Assembly: GCA_021613535.1 (NCBI GenBank)
Contig: CP075493.1
Location: 13,144,001-13,208,000, forward strand
DNA from: Adineta vaga
Lineage: Eukaryota; Animalia; Rotifera
DNA length: 64,000 bases
Direction of reading: 5' to 3'
The notes below the pieces were generated by a model. The model was given only the letters and a program-made list of their open reading frames with translations. It did not search any database and had not been told where the DNA came from. Shown piece after piece: positions 1 to 11,383 of this stretch (position 1 is the first letter of the stretch; the number at the start of each line of letters is the position of its first letter). The position numbers were made by a program, and so were the translations under genes.

Positions 1-664
1 AATCTTTTGTATACCAATTGAGAATAGTATCATTTGAACATGACTTATCAAAACAATGAATTCGAAATAATTCATTGGGAAAATTTTTATATTCTAATCT
101 ACATTGATTTAACATGATTTGTTTTAATTCATCCATATTCATGTTATTTCTCTGTTCAATTAAATGGGAAATCAAATATCGATAACAAAATATTGTTAAA
201 CTGTTGCCACTTAGATTTGTTAAGGTTTGATCAATCTTGTTCTCATACAACGAAGATATATTGATTGATAAGTCATTTGTATAAGTTAATAAAATATCTT
301 TACGTAATCGATTGATTAATTCATAGAGATTTTCGAATGGACCGACTAATTTAGAATAATCTTGTTTATCCAATTGACTAGTTTCATGTTGTTGTGTTAG
401 AGCATAAATAGAATGAATTTGAGATAAATCTTCAAAATTTGATAGACATTCTAAATTCATCAGCAGTACAAGTAGAATTTTACGTTCACTTTGAACTTCA
501 TGTATGTAACTGATACAAGCTTCCATGGAACTAAATTTCTCTAAGTAATCAGCAAACTTTATTAGAGATTTTGGCATGTCACTTGATGAAAGCCAAACAA
601 CACGAAAATCATCATGATTTTGAGTTTCATCCAATTCAGTCAATGATAAATTGTATTCTTCCAT
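1..664 (-). CDS. 5' part of a putative ADP-ribosyltransferase (ART)-family protein with receiver-like N-terminus; runs off the window start; absent from the ORF track
   Basis: Manual translation from ATG at 664 is open to base 1: MEEYNLSLTELDETQNHDDFRVVWLSS...CISYIHEVQSERKILLVL...QIHSIYAL...NQCRLEYKNFPNELFRIHCFDKSCSNDTILNWYTKD. This parallels the N-terminal part of 26187-28118 (LIWVD...CIEFI...AISWYTGGSF). Confidence 0.75.
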   Translation of the reverse strand, partial: MEEYNLSLTELDETQNHDDFRVVWLSSSDMPKSLIKFADYLEKFSSMEACISYIHEVQSERKILLVLLMNLECLSNFEDLSQIHSIYALTQQHETSQLDKQDYSKLVGPFENLYELINRLRKDILLTYTNDLSINISSLYENKIDQTLTNLSGNSLTIFCYRYLISHLIEQRNNMNMDELKQIMLNQCRLEYKNFPNELFRIHCFDKSCSNDTILNWYTKD

Positions 665-1084
665 ATTCTATGTGATGCATCCAACTAAACGAAGTATTTA
701 TACGCTGATGAATTGTTTTTACAATATGATTTGATATTAACATCGATTTGAATATATCAATCGATGAAATATATGCATGAATAATAACAGAAAACTAGAT
801 GCTTACCTATATATTAATCATGATCAAAGAGTGTGTGCTCATAGAAGAAAACAAATTTACATGTCTATAACATCTATAAAATCTCATTGTTTATTAGTAA
901 ATATTTAACATAGTCCAAACAGGAATGGCAGAAAATATGGAGATATATTCTCTATTTTTACGATTATATTAATCTGTATGTAGAAATCATTTTTTTTGCA
1001 AAAAAAAACAACCCAAGTTGAAGATAAGACCTTTTATACATCACGAAGCATGTGTACATCTATCAGTATATACTCTCGATCATT

Positions 1085-1172
1085 TTGAGGGTGGGTGGGT
1101 GTGGGTGTGGGTGGGTGTGGGTGTGGGTGAGAGTGGATCTCCCTTCTATATATCCACACCCACCCACACCCT
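1085..1172. repeat. Telomere-like (GGGTGT/GGGT)n tract followed by an inverted CCACACCC arm; hairpin- and G-quadruplex-capable element
   Basis: Eight GGG runs at 1089-1127. CCACACCCACCCACACCCT at 1154-1172 is complementary to the G-rich arm across a spacer of about 25 nt. Confidence 0.8.
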
Positions 1173-1210
1173 ATTGATAAACAGACGTGGAAGCTTCGTA
1201 TTGACAGAAT

Positions 1211-1741
1211 TTATGATTTCTTCAATAACATTAAGATCTCGTCGGTAACTCCTAGATGTTTGTAAAATATATTCATAATACCATCAACAGATTGTCTATT
1301 CCATATTTTTGTTGCATCATAATCATCTCTTGCAAAAATAAAATGACGCAAGTTAATATTATCTTGTTTAGAAGGAAAAAAATTAAATTTATTAGACGTA
1401 TTATTGACTTTTAGTTTCATTGTACGGAGTTTCGCATCAAAAAGATATTCGATTTCTTCTTTGATGATTTTCTCTGAATCTTCAATTGTTTGTACAACCA
1501 TTGAATTACGAACAATAATGATATACGAAGGACCAAAGTAAAGAGCTATTCCCCTTGGAATAGCAGTATCAGTACCAGCGGTATCAATGAAAACGATATT
1601 TACAGATAAATTTCAACCAACGGTAATAAATAAATCTTTTGCTGTATTCTGTACAAGTGTCATATCCCAATCCGATGTTGCTAACATACCAAGACTATTA
1701 ATACGAATAATAATATCATACGGGGTAACAAGGGGTGCCGT
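1211..1741 (-). pseudogene. Decayed GTPase-like gene (G3-like DTAG motif), internally deleted, with an in-frame stop
   Basis: One frame reads TAPLVTPYDIIIRINSLGMLATSDWDMTLVQNTAKDLFITVG*NLSVNIVFIDTAGTDTAIPRG...YIIIVRNSMVVQTIEDSEKIIKEEIEYLF...LRHFIFARDD. TGA is at 1613-1615. No GxxxxGK(S/T) P-loop is present before DTAG. Confidence 0.55.
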
Positions 1742-2514
1742 TAGAATTTCATATTAAAAAAGGAATCGGTATTGGATTTATATATGCATCAGTTGAGAAT
1801 ACCATACTTAACCTGAAACCAAAAGAATTTAAAGATTAAATAAAAAGTTTTTTAACTTGATTTATATTCATATAAGACATTTTTACAAAGGAAGTATCAA
1901 TGTTCGAATATTCATGTTCAAATGATAATCTTCGTTTTTCTTCTTTATTTTCTTTTGATGCAAGTTCGTATAGATATGAATGCTGTAGAATCGACGTTTA
2001 CAATTCTTAAAATGAAATCTATAAAAGTCATTTCATTTTGTTTGAAATTTATTGATAATTTAGATATGCCTTGTTCTGCAAGCAATGATCTGTTAAAATT
2101 GTTTATTTTCATCAATTCATTCAACTTTGAGTAATATACTATGCTATGACGTAGATAGTTAAATACTCGAAGAGAAAGCGGGGCATATTCTAATCTATTC
2201 TGATGGTTTAAATGATATTATATTCAAGAATATTTTTTTGATCTGTCATTGCTAATAAAAGAAGTAGTTATAGAATTTCTCACTCAATGGTTACTTCTCA
2301 TTTACTTTGATCTTAATTTATTTTGAATCTTTAAAAATTATATGTTACGACAACCATAATCTATCTTCGATGAATTATTTATTTTAGTTTTCCAACAAGA
2401 ATAACGTGACCTTTTCGTCTCCTTTTTAGATACTATATAAAAGACGATACAAGAAGTATAAGATGTAAGAGATGATATTTAGATTATAATTATCATACAA
2501 AGAAAAGAAAAGAA

Positions 2515-3599
2515 ATGAGTTCATCATCAAACGATACAACTAGTGTTGGAACTATATTGAATATTGTACTTGCTCGAAAAATAACATTTGGCTTTTTAAT
2601 TACTTTGATTCTTCCATCTGTTATTGGTTCATGTTTTGTATTCTATCGTGTCATACAAAAAAGAGAAATTCTGAAACGATTGAATAATCAATTGATCTTT
2701 TGTCTTTTTATAATTTATTTTCTTCAGGTAAATATTGTATTTATGAATATTATTTCTAGAAAGAAAAACAAATCAATATTTTAGGCTACATTGGATCTAC
2801 CTTTGACAATTACATTTCTTCATCATGGTGAAGTACCAATTCCAAATTATACATTCTGTGCATATTGGTTTATTCTCATTTCTGCTCTTAATATGTGCAC
2901 TATGCATTTAAATGCTTATCTTTCAATTGAACGATATTTTCTCATATTTCATAATAAATTTCTCTTCCAGTAAGTTAAAGAACTAAATCTCAGTTAATAA
3001 TAATATCATTTTGTATGAATAGATACAAGATTATATTACATTATATACCAATGATTTTAATAATTATCAATTCAATCGTTTTTATATACGGCGTTGTAAT
3101 TCTCTATCCATGTGAAAATCAATTTAATTATTATGCTTTAGCATGTGGCACTTCATGTTCTGTATTAGATCCAACGTTTGGAGTATTTTTATGGATATTT
3201 TCATTTGTTGCACCACTACTTATTATCATTCTATCCAATGGTTTTCTTCTTACAAGAGTTATTCTTCATAAACGACGAATGTTACAAAAGAATGTTTGGC
3301 AAAAAAATAAAGGTATGGTTTTACAACTTTTATCTGTTACTGGAATGTTATACATTTCTTGGTTACCAATAAGCATTGCTACTGTTATCAATATAGCACA
3401 TTCAACTCCACTTCTATTAGAACTTCATGGAAATTGGTTATTAGTTGGTTTGATCTATATACCTGTATTAAGTTCACCAATGACAGCTAGTATTGCAATA
3501 CCTGAACTAAGAGTTGATATTCGTGGATGGTTCAATCGAAGACGTCCCTACGTTGGTGACGGTCAAACTCGACCCACCATTCCAACTGGAACACAATAA
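2515..3599 (+). CDS. Rhodopsin-like (class A) GPCR, 3 exons (2515-2727, 2785-2969, 3023-3599)
   Basis: GT-AG introns 2728-2784 and 2970-3022 join three ORFs in frame. Seven hydrophobic segments; SIERY (DRY-like) after TM3; Cys in FCAYW. Confidence 0.85.
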
Positions 3600-3832
3600 A
3601 ATAATATTTTAAATTAAAAACATAACATTTCATTAACAATATTGATGTTGTTCTATGCATATGAACTGTCAGTCTTTTCTTCGATATCAGGCCGTTTGGC
3701 CCTTTTCTTTTCGGCCTAACGATGACACATTGTACTCTTTTGCCTTTTAAACTTGCACTATAAAGATATTTCTTTTCGCCACTTTCATCGTGCGTCCTTT
3801 ATCACTTTTTTCTCTCACTCATTGCAAGTGAT

Positions 3833-5464
3833 ATGGCAATGTTATCTTCATCTATTCAATGAGTAAATCAATTGCGAGATGAATCAATTCCTAAGGATAG
3901 TTTATTAGGAAATTTAATGCCTGATACATCTGTTCTTAATGTGTGCTATATTCCACGACAATGTGGTCTTTTAACAGATGATGAAATTAATCTTACTGAA
4001 AATTATACAGCTTGTCAACTTGTTACTCTATTAGCTCAAGGTCATTTAAAAGCTGAACAAGTCATTAGAGCTTATCTTAAACGAGCTGGTATTGCTCATC
4101 AATTGACTAATTGTGCTACGGAATTTCTTGGTGAAGAAGCAATCGATCGAGCTAAATATTTGGATGAAGAATTTCGACGACGAGGTGGACCTATAGGACC
4201 ACTTCATGGTTTACCGATTTCTGTTAAAGATATGATACCGATGCATGGACGAAGAAATGATTCAGGTTGGATGAAATGGATCGATCAAATTGCTGAAGAT
4301 GATGCTCATATTTTGAAAATTCTTCATGCAGCAGGAGCAATCTTTTATGTTCGAACAAATCAACCACAAACGTTGATGCATATTGAATGTGATAGTGCCA
4401 TTTTTGGTACTACTCAAAATCCATTTAATCGAAATTTATCATCGGGTGGAAGTTCCGGTGGTGAAGGTGCCCTTCTTGGTTTGAAAGGAAGTATTATGGG
4501 TATAGGAACTGATATTGGTGGAAGTATTCGTGCTCCAGCTGCTAATAATGGAGTTTATGGATTAAAACCAACGACATTTCGAATACCATTACAAGGTTTT
4601 AAGGTAGCTCAATTGGGAAGAGAAAGTATTATTGCTGTTACTGGACCACTTGCACGTTCAAGAGAAGATCTTGATTTATTCATGAAAACAATACTTGATG
4701 CTCAACCATGGTTAAAAGAACCATCTCTTGTACCCATACCATGGAGATCGATTGAATTGGATTCAACTAAATTAACTGTAGCTGTTATGTGGGATGATAA
4801 TGTTGTACATCCTCATCCACCGATTACTCGAGCTCTTCGAGAAACTATTGATTATTTGAAAAAATCCGGAATTCAAATTATTGATTGGGAACCAATCGAT
4901 CATCAGAAATGTTGGGATATAGCTAGTGCACTATACTTTTGTAATGGAGCCGAAGAAGAACTTGATTTGATGGCAGATGTGGGTGAACAACCATTACCAT
5001 TAACTGAATGGATTCACAATCAACCAAATGTTAAAAAACGTACCTGGCTAGAAATGAATCAACTGATTTTCGAACGAGAAGTTTATCGTAGTTGTTATGC
5101 ACAAACATGGAATGAACGAGAAATCTCATTTAATTGTTCAATTGATTGTCTACTTACACCTGTTGAACCCTCTGCTGCTCCTCTACATGGAACAAGTAAA
5201 TGGTGGGGTTATACTTCTGCATGGAATCTTCTTGATTATCCAACAGTTATATTTCCTGTGACCACAGTTGATCTTGTCAAAGATCAAGTCGAAGTTGATT
5301 ATAAACCACGAAATACACTTGATAGTGAAAATTATAAATTATATACATCACCACAAGTATATGTAAATGCTCCTGTTGGATTACAAATTGTATGTCGCCG
5401 ATACAACGATGAGAAAGCATTGAAATGTCTTGAAATAATTGAGCGAGCAATGGGAAGAAAATAA
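3833..5464 (+). CDS. Amidase-signature family enzyme (fungal acetamidase/FAAH-like), intronless; in-frame TGA near the 5' end
   Basis: GPLHGLPISVKD (catalytic Lys), GGSSGGEGAL and GTDIGGSIRAPA (Ser-cisSer). ATG 3833 is in frame with the ORF but codon 10 is TGA (3860-3862); next in-frame ATG is at about 3917. Confidence 0.9.
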
Positions 5465-5707
5465 TTGAAACAAAAGACAAACACTTTTTTTTTGTATAGA
5501 TATAATCTTATTAAGAAATTTATTTCGGTGTCGATCAAGTTTTCTCTTCTTTCTGAATTTAATTTCAAACAAATAATGCCGTAAAAGTAAATGCATTTTA
5601 TTTACATAAGAACTCGAAAAAAATCCCTCTGTTCTTACTTCCGTTTTTTTTCAGTTTATAAATTTCAATGAAAAAGAACAAAATTCTTTCTCAACAAGAA
5701 TTGATCA

Positions 5708-7424
5708 ATGACTGAGAGCTCTATTCCTCAACGTTTTCTTGATGCTAATGAAGAACCTCATCAAATTTTAGCACCTATCACGGGATATGAACAAGTTTCA
5801 CTCGTTTCATTATTAGAAGCTATTCAACCAATCAAACATTTACTTTATAATATTGATACAGTGCTCGAAACAGCACAAAGAAGTTGTCGACAACCAATCG
5901 ATGGATTAACACAAGATGAATCAACTGCTGTTTGTCTATACACAATGCAATGGCCTAAACCTTACAAAAGTTTATTTACTTTATTAAATGAAACTCTTCG
6001 CTCACAAGATCAAGATTCTCTAATACCATGGTTCCTTTTTCTCAAATTAGTTCTGACTGCTCTGCACAAACTTCCATCATTCACTGGTGTAATTTATCGT
6101 GGTGTTCGAGGAAATCTAAGTGATTATTATAAAAATAAGAATCAGGTTTGGTGGGGATTTAGCTCATGTACTGAACATATCAATATTATCGAAGGATTTA
6201 TTGGATTAAATGATGATCGAACTATTTTCAATATTGAATGTTTGAATGGTAAATCAATTCAATCACATTCGTATTTCAAAAAAGAAAATGAAATTCTTCT
6301 TCTCCCTGGAACTTGTCTTGAAATTGTGGGAAAACTAAAAGCTGCATCAGGATTAACAATTATTCATTTGAAAGAAAAACAACCACTTTACCTGACACTT
6401 CCTTCACGTTCTGATAATCCAATTCCAGTAATTCAACCATTCAGTAAGTTAATTTAGACATCAGTAGAGTGTGAGTGCCAGTTTTTCTTATTCATACGCT
6501 TGCATAACAACCCTCAACGTTCTTTTAGTATCAAAATTTACACAACACGCAACCATTGTAATGGGAGGAAATGCACAAGGCAACGAATTAAATCAACTCT
6601 CTTGTCCTTGTGGAATTTTTATTGATGACAAGAAAACGATTTTTATTGCTGATTATGAAAATCATCGTATAGTTCAATGGAAATCTGATGAAAACAAAGG
6701 ACAAATGATTGTAGGTGAAGCTAAAAAAGGAAATAGAAGGAATCAACTGAATCGACCAACAGATGTGATTGTTGATCAACGAAATCATTCACTTATCATT
6801 GCTGATCGCGGAAATAGACGAGTCATTCGATGTTTTATTGATGATCAAAACCAACAAGAAATTCTCATCGAAGATATTCGTTGTTCTCGTTTAACAATGG
6901 ATCAGTATGGGTACCTCTATGTTTCTGACTGTGAAAAGAATGAAGTGAGACGATGGGAAATTGGTGAGAAAGGAGAAGGAACATTAGTTGCAGGTGGGAA
7001 TGGAAAATGCGATCAGCTCAATCAACTCAATCATCCAACTTTTCTTTTCGTTGATGAAAATCAATCGATTTACATTTCCGATTGGAAAAATCATCGTGTA
7101 ATGAAATGGTTGAAAGATGCGAGTGAAGGAATTGTTGTAGCTGGAGGTAAGGGCATAGGAAGTAATCTCAATCAATTATTTTATCCGGAAGGATTGTTTG
7201 TTGATTCATGGAATCGAATTTATGTAGCAGATTTCGGTAATGATCGAATAATGCGATGGTGTGAAGGATCCGAAGAAGGTGAGATTGTTGTTGGTGGAAA
7301 TGGTCAAGGAAATCAGACAAATCAATTCTATCGTCCGAATGCTTTAGCGTTTGACCAGGATGGAAATCTTTATGTTGTAGATCGTTTAAACCATCGAATC
7401 GTTCGATTCGATTTGATTTTGTGA
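5708..7424 (+). CDS. NAD:arginine-type ADP-ribosyltransferase fused to a C-terminal NHL-repeat beta-propeller; 2 exons (5708-6443, 6529-7424)
   Basis: R-S-E motifs IYRG, WWGFSSCT and ENEILL. Phase-1 intron 6444-6528 (GTAAGT...TTTTAG) joins in frame to NHL repeats (QLxxPxGIFID...IADxxNHRI). Confidence 0.85.
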
Positions 7425-7765
7425 TTGAAATTTTCATTAAAAAAAAATTGTTTTCTTTTGAAAATACTAAAGTGTGGAAACCATACGCACACCCTTACCA
7501 CCAATGGTATGTTTTCTAATTACACTTTTTAAATGAGATATGCGTGATATAATATGTATGAATAAATACAAAATTACACCTGACGAGGAAAACGAATATA
7601 TTCTGTTTATTAGAAATAGAAGCAAACCATCGTATAATTAATTTTGTTTTCGTTCTGTCATTGCTTTTCGAGATCTATTGTGATATGGCGTTTTTTTTTC
7701 AATTTCTTATTCAAAAATATTAGATAATTGAGTAGGTTTCATTTGAAAATTTTTTATCTAAATCA

Positions 7766-9151
7766 ATGGCCACACTAAATCAGACGACACAATGTTTTGA
7801 ATGTAAATTATATAAAGTAAGTACATGTATTTGTGAAGGTTGTTCAAAGGAATTTTGTGGTGAAGATATAATTAAACATCAACAAATGTTAAATGAACAG
7901 TTCAATGTTATAAGTAAAGATTATGATCAATTTCAACATACTATCGATGAACAAAAACAACATTCATCAAATCAATCATTAATTGAAGAAATCAATCAAT
8001 GGGAAAAGAATTCAATAGAAATTATTCAACAAAACGCACAAAAATGTCGACAAATCGTTATTGAACATTCGAAAGAATTTCTTGATAATATTGAAAAGAA
8101 ATTTCTAGTTTTATCTAGATTAGTCGAAGGAATTCATGAGGAAAATGAGTTCAATGAACTGCATCTGAATTATTTAAGAGATAAACTAACAAAATTGACT
8201 AAAGAATTCAATGATCCAAAAAAAATTTCTATTCAAAAAAATCCATCATCGACATTTATAGATGAAATTTCAATTGTTATAGCAAATAAATTTCAAAGTA
8301 ATTAATTTTGTATGAAAAGAAAAGATCTTCTCCTTTTTTTTGTCCTTGCCTTAGAAGCAAAAAGCAAACAAGATGGAGAAGTTTTCGTGAAAGGACAAGA
8401 AAAGAAAACGATCTCTGTTGCTGATCAGGGAAAATCTCGTATCATTCAACGCAAATGTGATGGACATATGGTGTATATCATTCGAAGCGAAAATGAATCA
8501 GAAGACGTAACAGATCAATTGGAGCGACCAACAGATGTGATTGTTGACCAACAAAATCACTCACTTATCGTTGCTGAACGAGGAAATAGACGAATCATTC
8601 GATGTTTTGATGATCAAAAACAGGAAATTCTGATTGAGAATATTTCATGTCGAAGTTTAACAATGGATAAAGATGGACTTCTTTACGTTTCTGACTGTGA
8701 AAAGGATGAAGTAAGACGATGGAAAATTGGTGAAAAAGGAGAAGGAACATTAGTTGCCGGTGGAAATGGCAAAGGCGATCAACTCAATCAACTCAATGTT
8801 CCTTTTCATATCTTTGTCGATGGAAATCAATCGATTTATATTTCGGATTACGAAAATCATCGTGTAATGAAATGGTTGAAAGATGCGAGTGAAGGAATTG
8901 TTGTAGCTGGAGGAAATGGTATAGGGAATAATCTGAATCAATTATCTCATCCTCAAACATTATTTGTTGATTCATGTGGTCAAATTTATATACTAGATTT
9001 CGGTAATGATCGAATAATGCGATGGTGTGAAGGATCTCGAGAAGGCGAAGTTGTTCGTAGTGGAAATGCAAAAAGAAATCAGACAAATCAATTGGACTGT
9101 CCTACTGAATTGTCATTTGACCAGGATAGAAATCTTGATGTCGCTGATTAA
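7766..9151 (+). CDS. B-box-like zinc finger + coiled coil + NHL repeats (TRIM-NHL-like, no RING); 2 exons (7766-8297, 8355-9151); C-terminus degraded
   Basis: CFEC...CEGCSKEFC..DIIKH, then a coiled coil with INQWE. Phase-1 intron 8298-8354. The NHL exon is closely paralogous to about 6760-7424. It ends at TAA TAA, followed by a frameshifted remnant of the paralogue's NHRIVRFDLIL tail. Confidence 0.75.
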
Positions 9152-9311
9152 TAAAATCAAGAAATCGTTTCGATCTGATTTGATTTTTTGACTGAAACTC
9201 ATATTCTCACGGACTCTATCCTTGTAATGTATCATTGGTTTGTTATCATGTTTTATTATTTGTCTTTTTACGTATGTTGTTTTTTTTTGAAAGAAAATAA
9301 AATATTTTGCC

Positions 9312-11039
9312 ATGTTTAACAAACGAAGCATTATGAAATTGGAAAATTTACCAAATGAAATATTCATACATTGTTTTGAATATCTCAATGCTTCGGACAT
9401 ATTCTATGCATTCGAACAACTAAATCCTCGATTTTATCGATTGATTCGAACAATTCCATTGCGTCTTAATTTTCAAGACATTCACAAATCAATCTTTGAT
9501 CGATTTTGTGAGAAAATGATAGATTATACAGAAATTCAACAACAAATCTATTCATTAAAACTATCAAATGAACAAACACATGGACAAATTCAAGCATTCT
9601 TCATGTGTTTCTCATTGGTTCAATTCACTCAACTTCGATCATTAACTTTGATTGAGATTCAAGAGCAGAATGTCGAACAATTATCATCATTATTACCATT
9701 ACTAACACAACTAACATGCATTCGATTGATTCATTCTGTAGATGCTTATGATCTTTTTCGTTACCTTCCGAAATGTAAATTAAACACACTATCATCTCAA
9801 GAAATTATACCACTGACAAAGTTGTCTGTAAAATTTTGTATGTTGAATGATATATATCGAATATTGCAGGATATGCCATTATTGCAATGTTTACATATTT
9901 CGAGATGTCTTCAGCATGAATCAATATCATCCATTGACATACATTGTCTTCGTGAACGTGTTAATCATCTAAAACACCTAGTTATGTCTGATTGTATAAT
10001 GATTAAGACGGATAATTTAATGGATGTCATTGCATACATGATCAATTTACGAAGTTTAACTGTTTTCGTAGATGGAAATTCCGATATAATTAATGCTTCT
10101 CGTTGGCAACAGTTAATCACATATTCATTACCACATTTAGCTGTGTTTCGATTTCGATTTGGTATCTTTGATCGAAATGAAATAGTTCAAAAGTATTACG
10201 ACTTTCAGAGTGATTTTTGGATCAAAGAACATCAATGGTACACAGAATGTTTATTAGACGATCAAACTAAATCATTCATTCTCACAGTTCCCTATCTAAA
10301 TAACAAACAACCAATGACGTTAAAGTGTGTTCGACACTTTAATATGTTAGTTGATCCTTCCAAGACGTTCAATAATGTTACAAATTTATGGTTACAAGGT
10401 GAAGAAGTCATGATATCGAATAACTTTTATTTTCCACATATCACATCATTAATTATTGCTTCTCTACCTAAACTTGTTGATGAAAGTGATGAACAAAAAT
10501 TCATCATAGCTCTGAGAAGAACAATGGATATGTCACATCTCAAACATTTAAAACTTCCACTAGGTTGTCAAGTAAGAAGATCAAGAATTTTGTTAGAAAT
10601 TTTCAAACAAGCATCACGCTTAATATCACTTGATATTTTCAAATGTGCTATTGATATGCTGAAAAGTAATAAGCAAATATGTCGATATACAAGTGAAATG
10701 ATTAGAAAATTACAATATCATAGATGTTTCCAGCATTGTATACACGATGTGTCTTTTAATGTGAATTTAGTCCGTGAAATATTTCCAAATATTGAGCAAT
10801 TGATTTGTAAGGTGCAGGAACCAGTGGAATGTTTATTATTATTGAATAATTTACCCAAACTATCAAGATTAAGCGTTGTTTTTCTTTACAAAAATGACCT
10901 GAGTCCTTTCAATGCGATGAAAGAAGAATTATCAAAATTGAAGAACATCTGTTTCTACGAGAACATACAACAACGTCATGGCATTATAAAGATGGTAACA
11001 TTTGGCTTTTGGGTTGATCGTGATAACATGACTTCATAA
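9312..11039 (+). CDS. F-box-like domain + leucine-rich-repeat-like protein, intronless
   Basis: N-terminal LENLPNEIFIHCFEYLNASDIFYAF; repeated LxxLxL motifs; RWQQLITYSLPHLAVFRF block also seen in 21018-22791. Confidence 0.8.
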   Translation: MFNKRSIMKLENLPNEIFIHCFEYLNASDIFYAFEQLNPRFYRLIRTIPLRLNFQDIHKSIFDRFCEKMIDYTEIQQQIYSLKLSNEQTHGQIQAFFMCFSLVQFTQLRSLTLIEIQEQNVEQLSSLLPLLTQLTCIRLIHSVDAYDLFRYLPKCKLNTLSSQEIIPLTKLSVKFCMLNDIYRILQDMPLLQCLHISRCLQHESISSIDIHCLRERVNHLKHLVMSDCIMIKTDNLMDVIAYMINLRSLTVFVDGNSDIINASRWQQLITYSLPHLAVFRFRFGIFDRNEIVQKYYDFQSDFWIKEHQWYTECLLDDQTKSFILTVPYLNNKQPMTLKCVRHFNMLVDPSKTFNNVTNLWLQGEEVMISNNFYFPHITSLIIASLPKLVDESDEQKFIIALRRTMDMSHLKHLKLPLGCQVRRSRILLEIFKQASRLISLDIFKCAIDMLKSNKQICRYTSEMIRKLQYHRCFQHCIHDVSFNVNLVREIFPNIEQLICKVQEPVECLLLLNNLPKLSRLSVVFLYKNDLSPFNAMKEELSKLKNICFYENIQQRHGIIKMVTFGFWVDRDNMTS

Positions 11040-11383
11040 ATATATATAGTTCCATCCATATCGAACTGTGTGCATGTTCTGAATAATCGAGTTTTACATG
11101 TATGGAACGATCAGATTATAGTTAGCATTTCATAATTATCATATAAAACATAGAAAGATATTATGATTTTCAACAAAGCTAATGACGCACTACATCAGAT
11201 GTTGTTGTTTTAAGTTAAATAGAATTTTATTCATATCTGGATCGGAATGTGCGTCATAAATTTTAGAAACACATTATCAGGAGTTATGAGACGGAAATTC
11301 TGAAATCCGTTGCAAATTTTTAGTTAGATAGAACACATTCTGTTCCACTAAATCTCATCATAAAAGAATTAAATTCATGAAAT

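Noticed and set aside
1018-1248. 76-aa ORF with GWVWVWVGVGVG
   Set aside because: It is the translation of the GT-rich repeat, starts at TTG and shows no other coding signal.
1910-2135. Open stretch on the minus strand upstream of the GTPase relic, and the plus-strand ORF 1922-2134
   Set aside because: No recognisable motif and no supportable splice connection to the relic.
7470-7512. Possible further copy of the telomere-like hairpin element (GTGTGG...CACACCC)
   Set aside because: Too short and degenerate to distinguish from chance.
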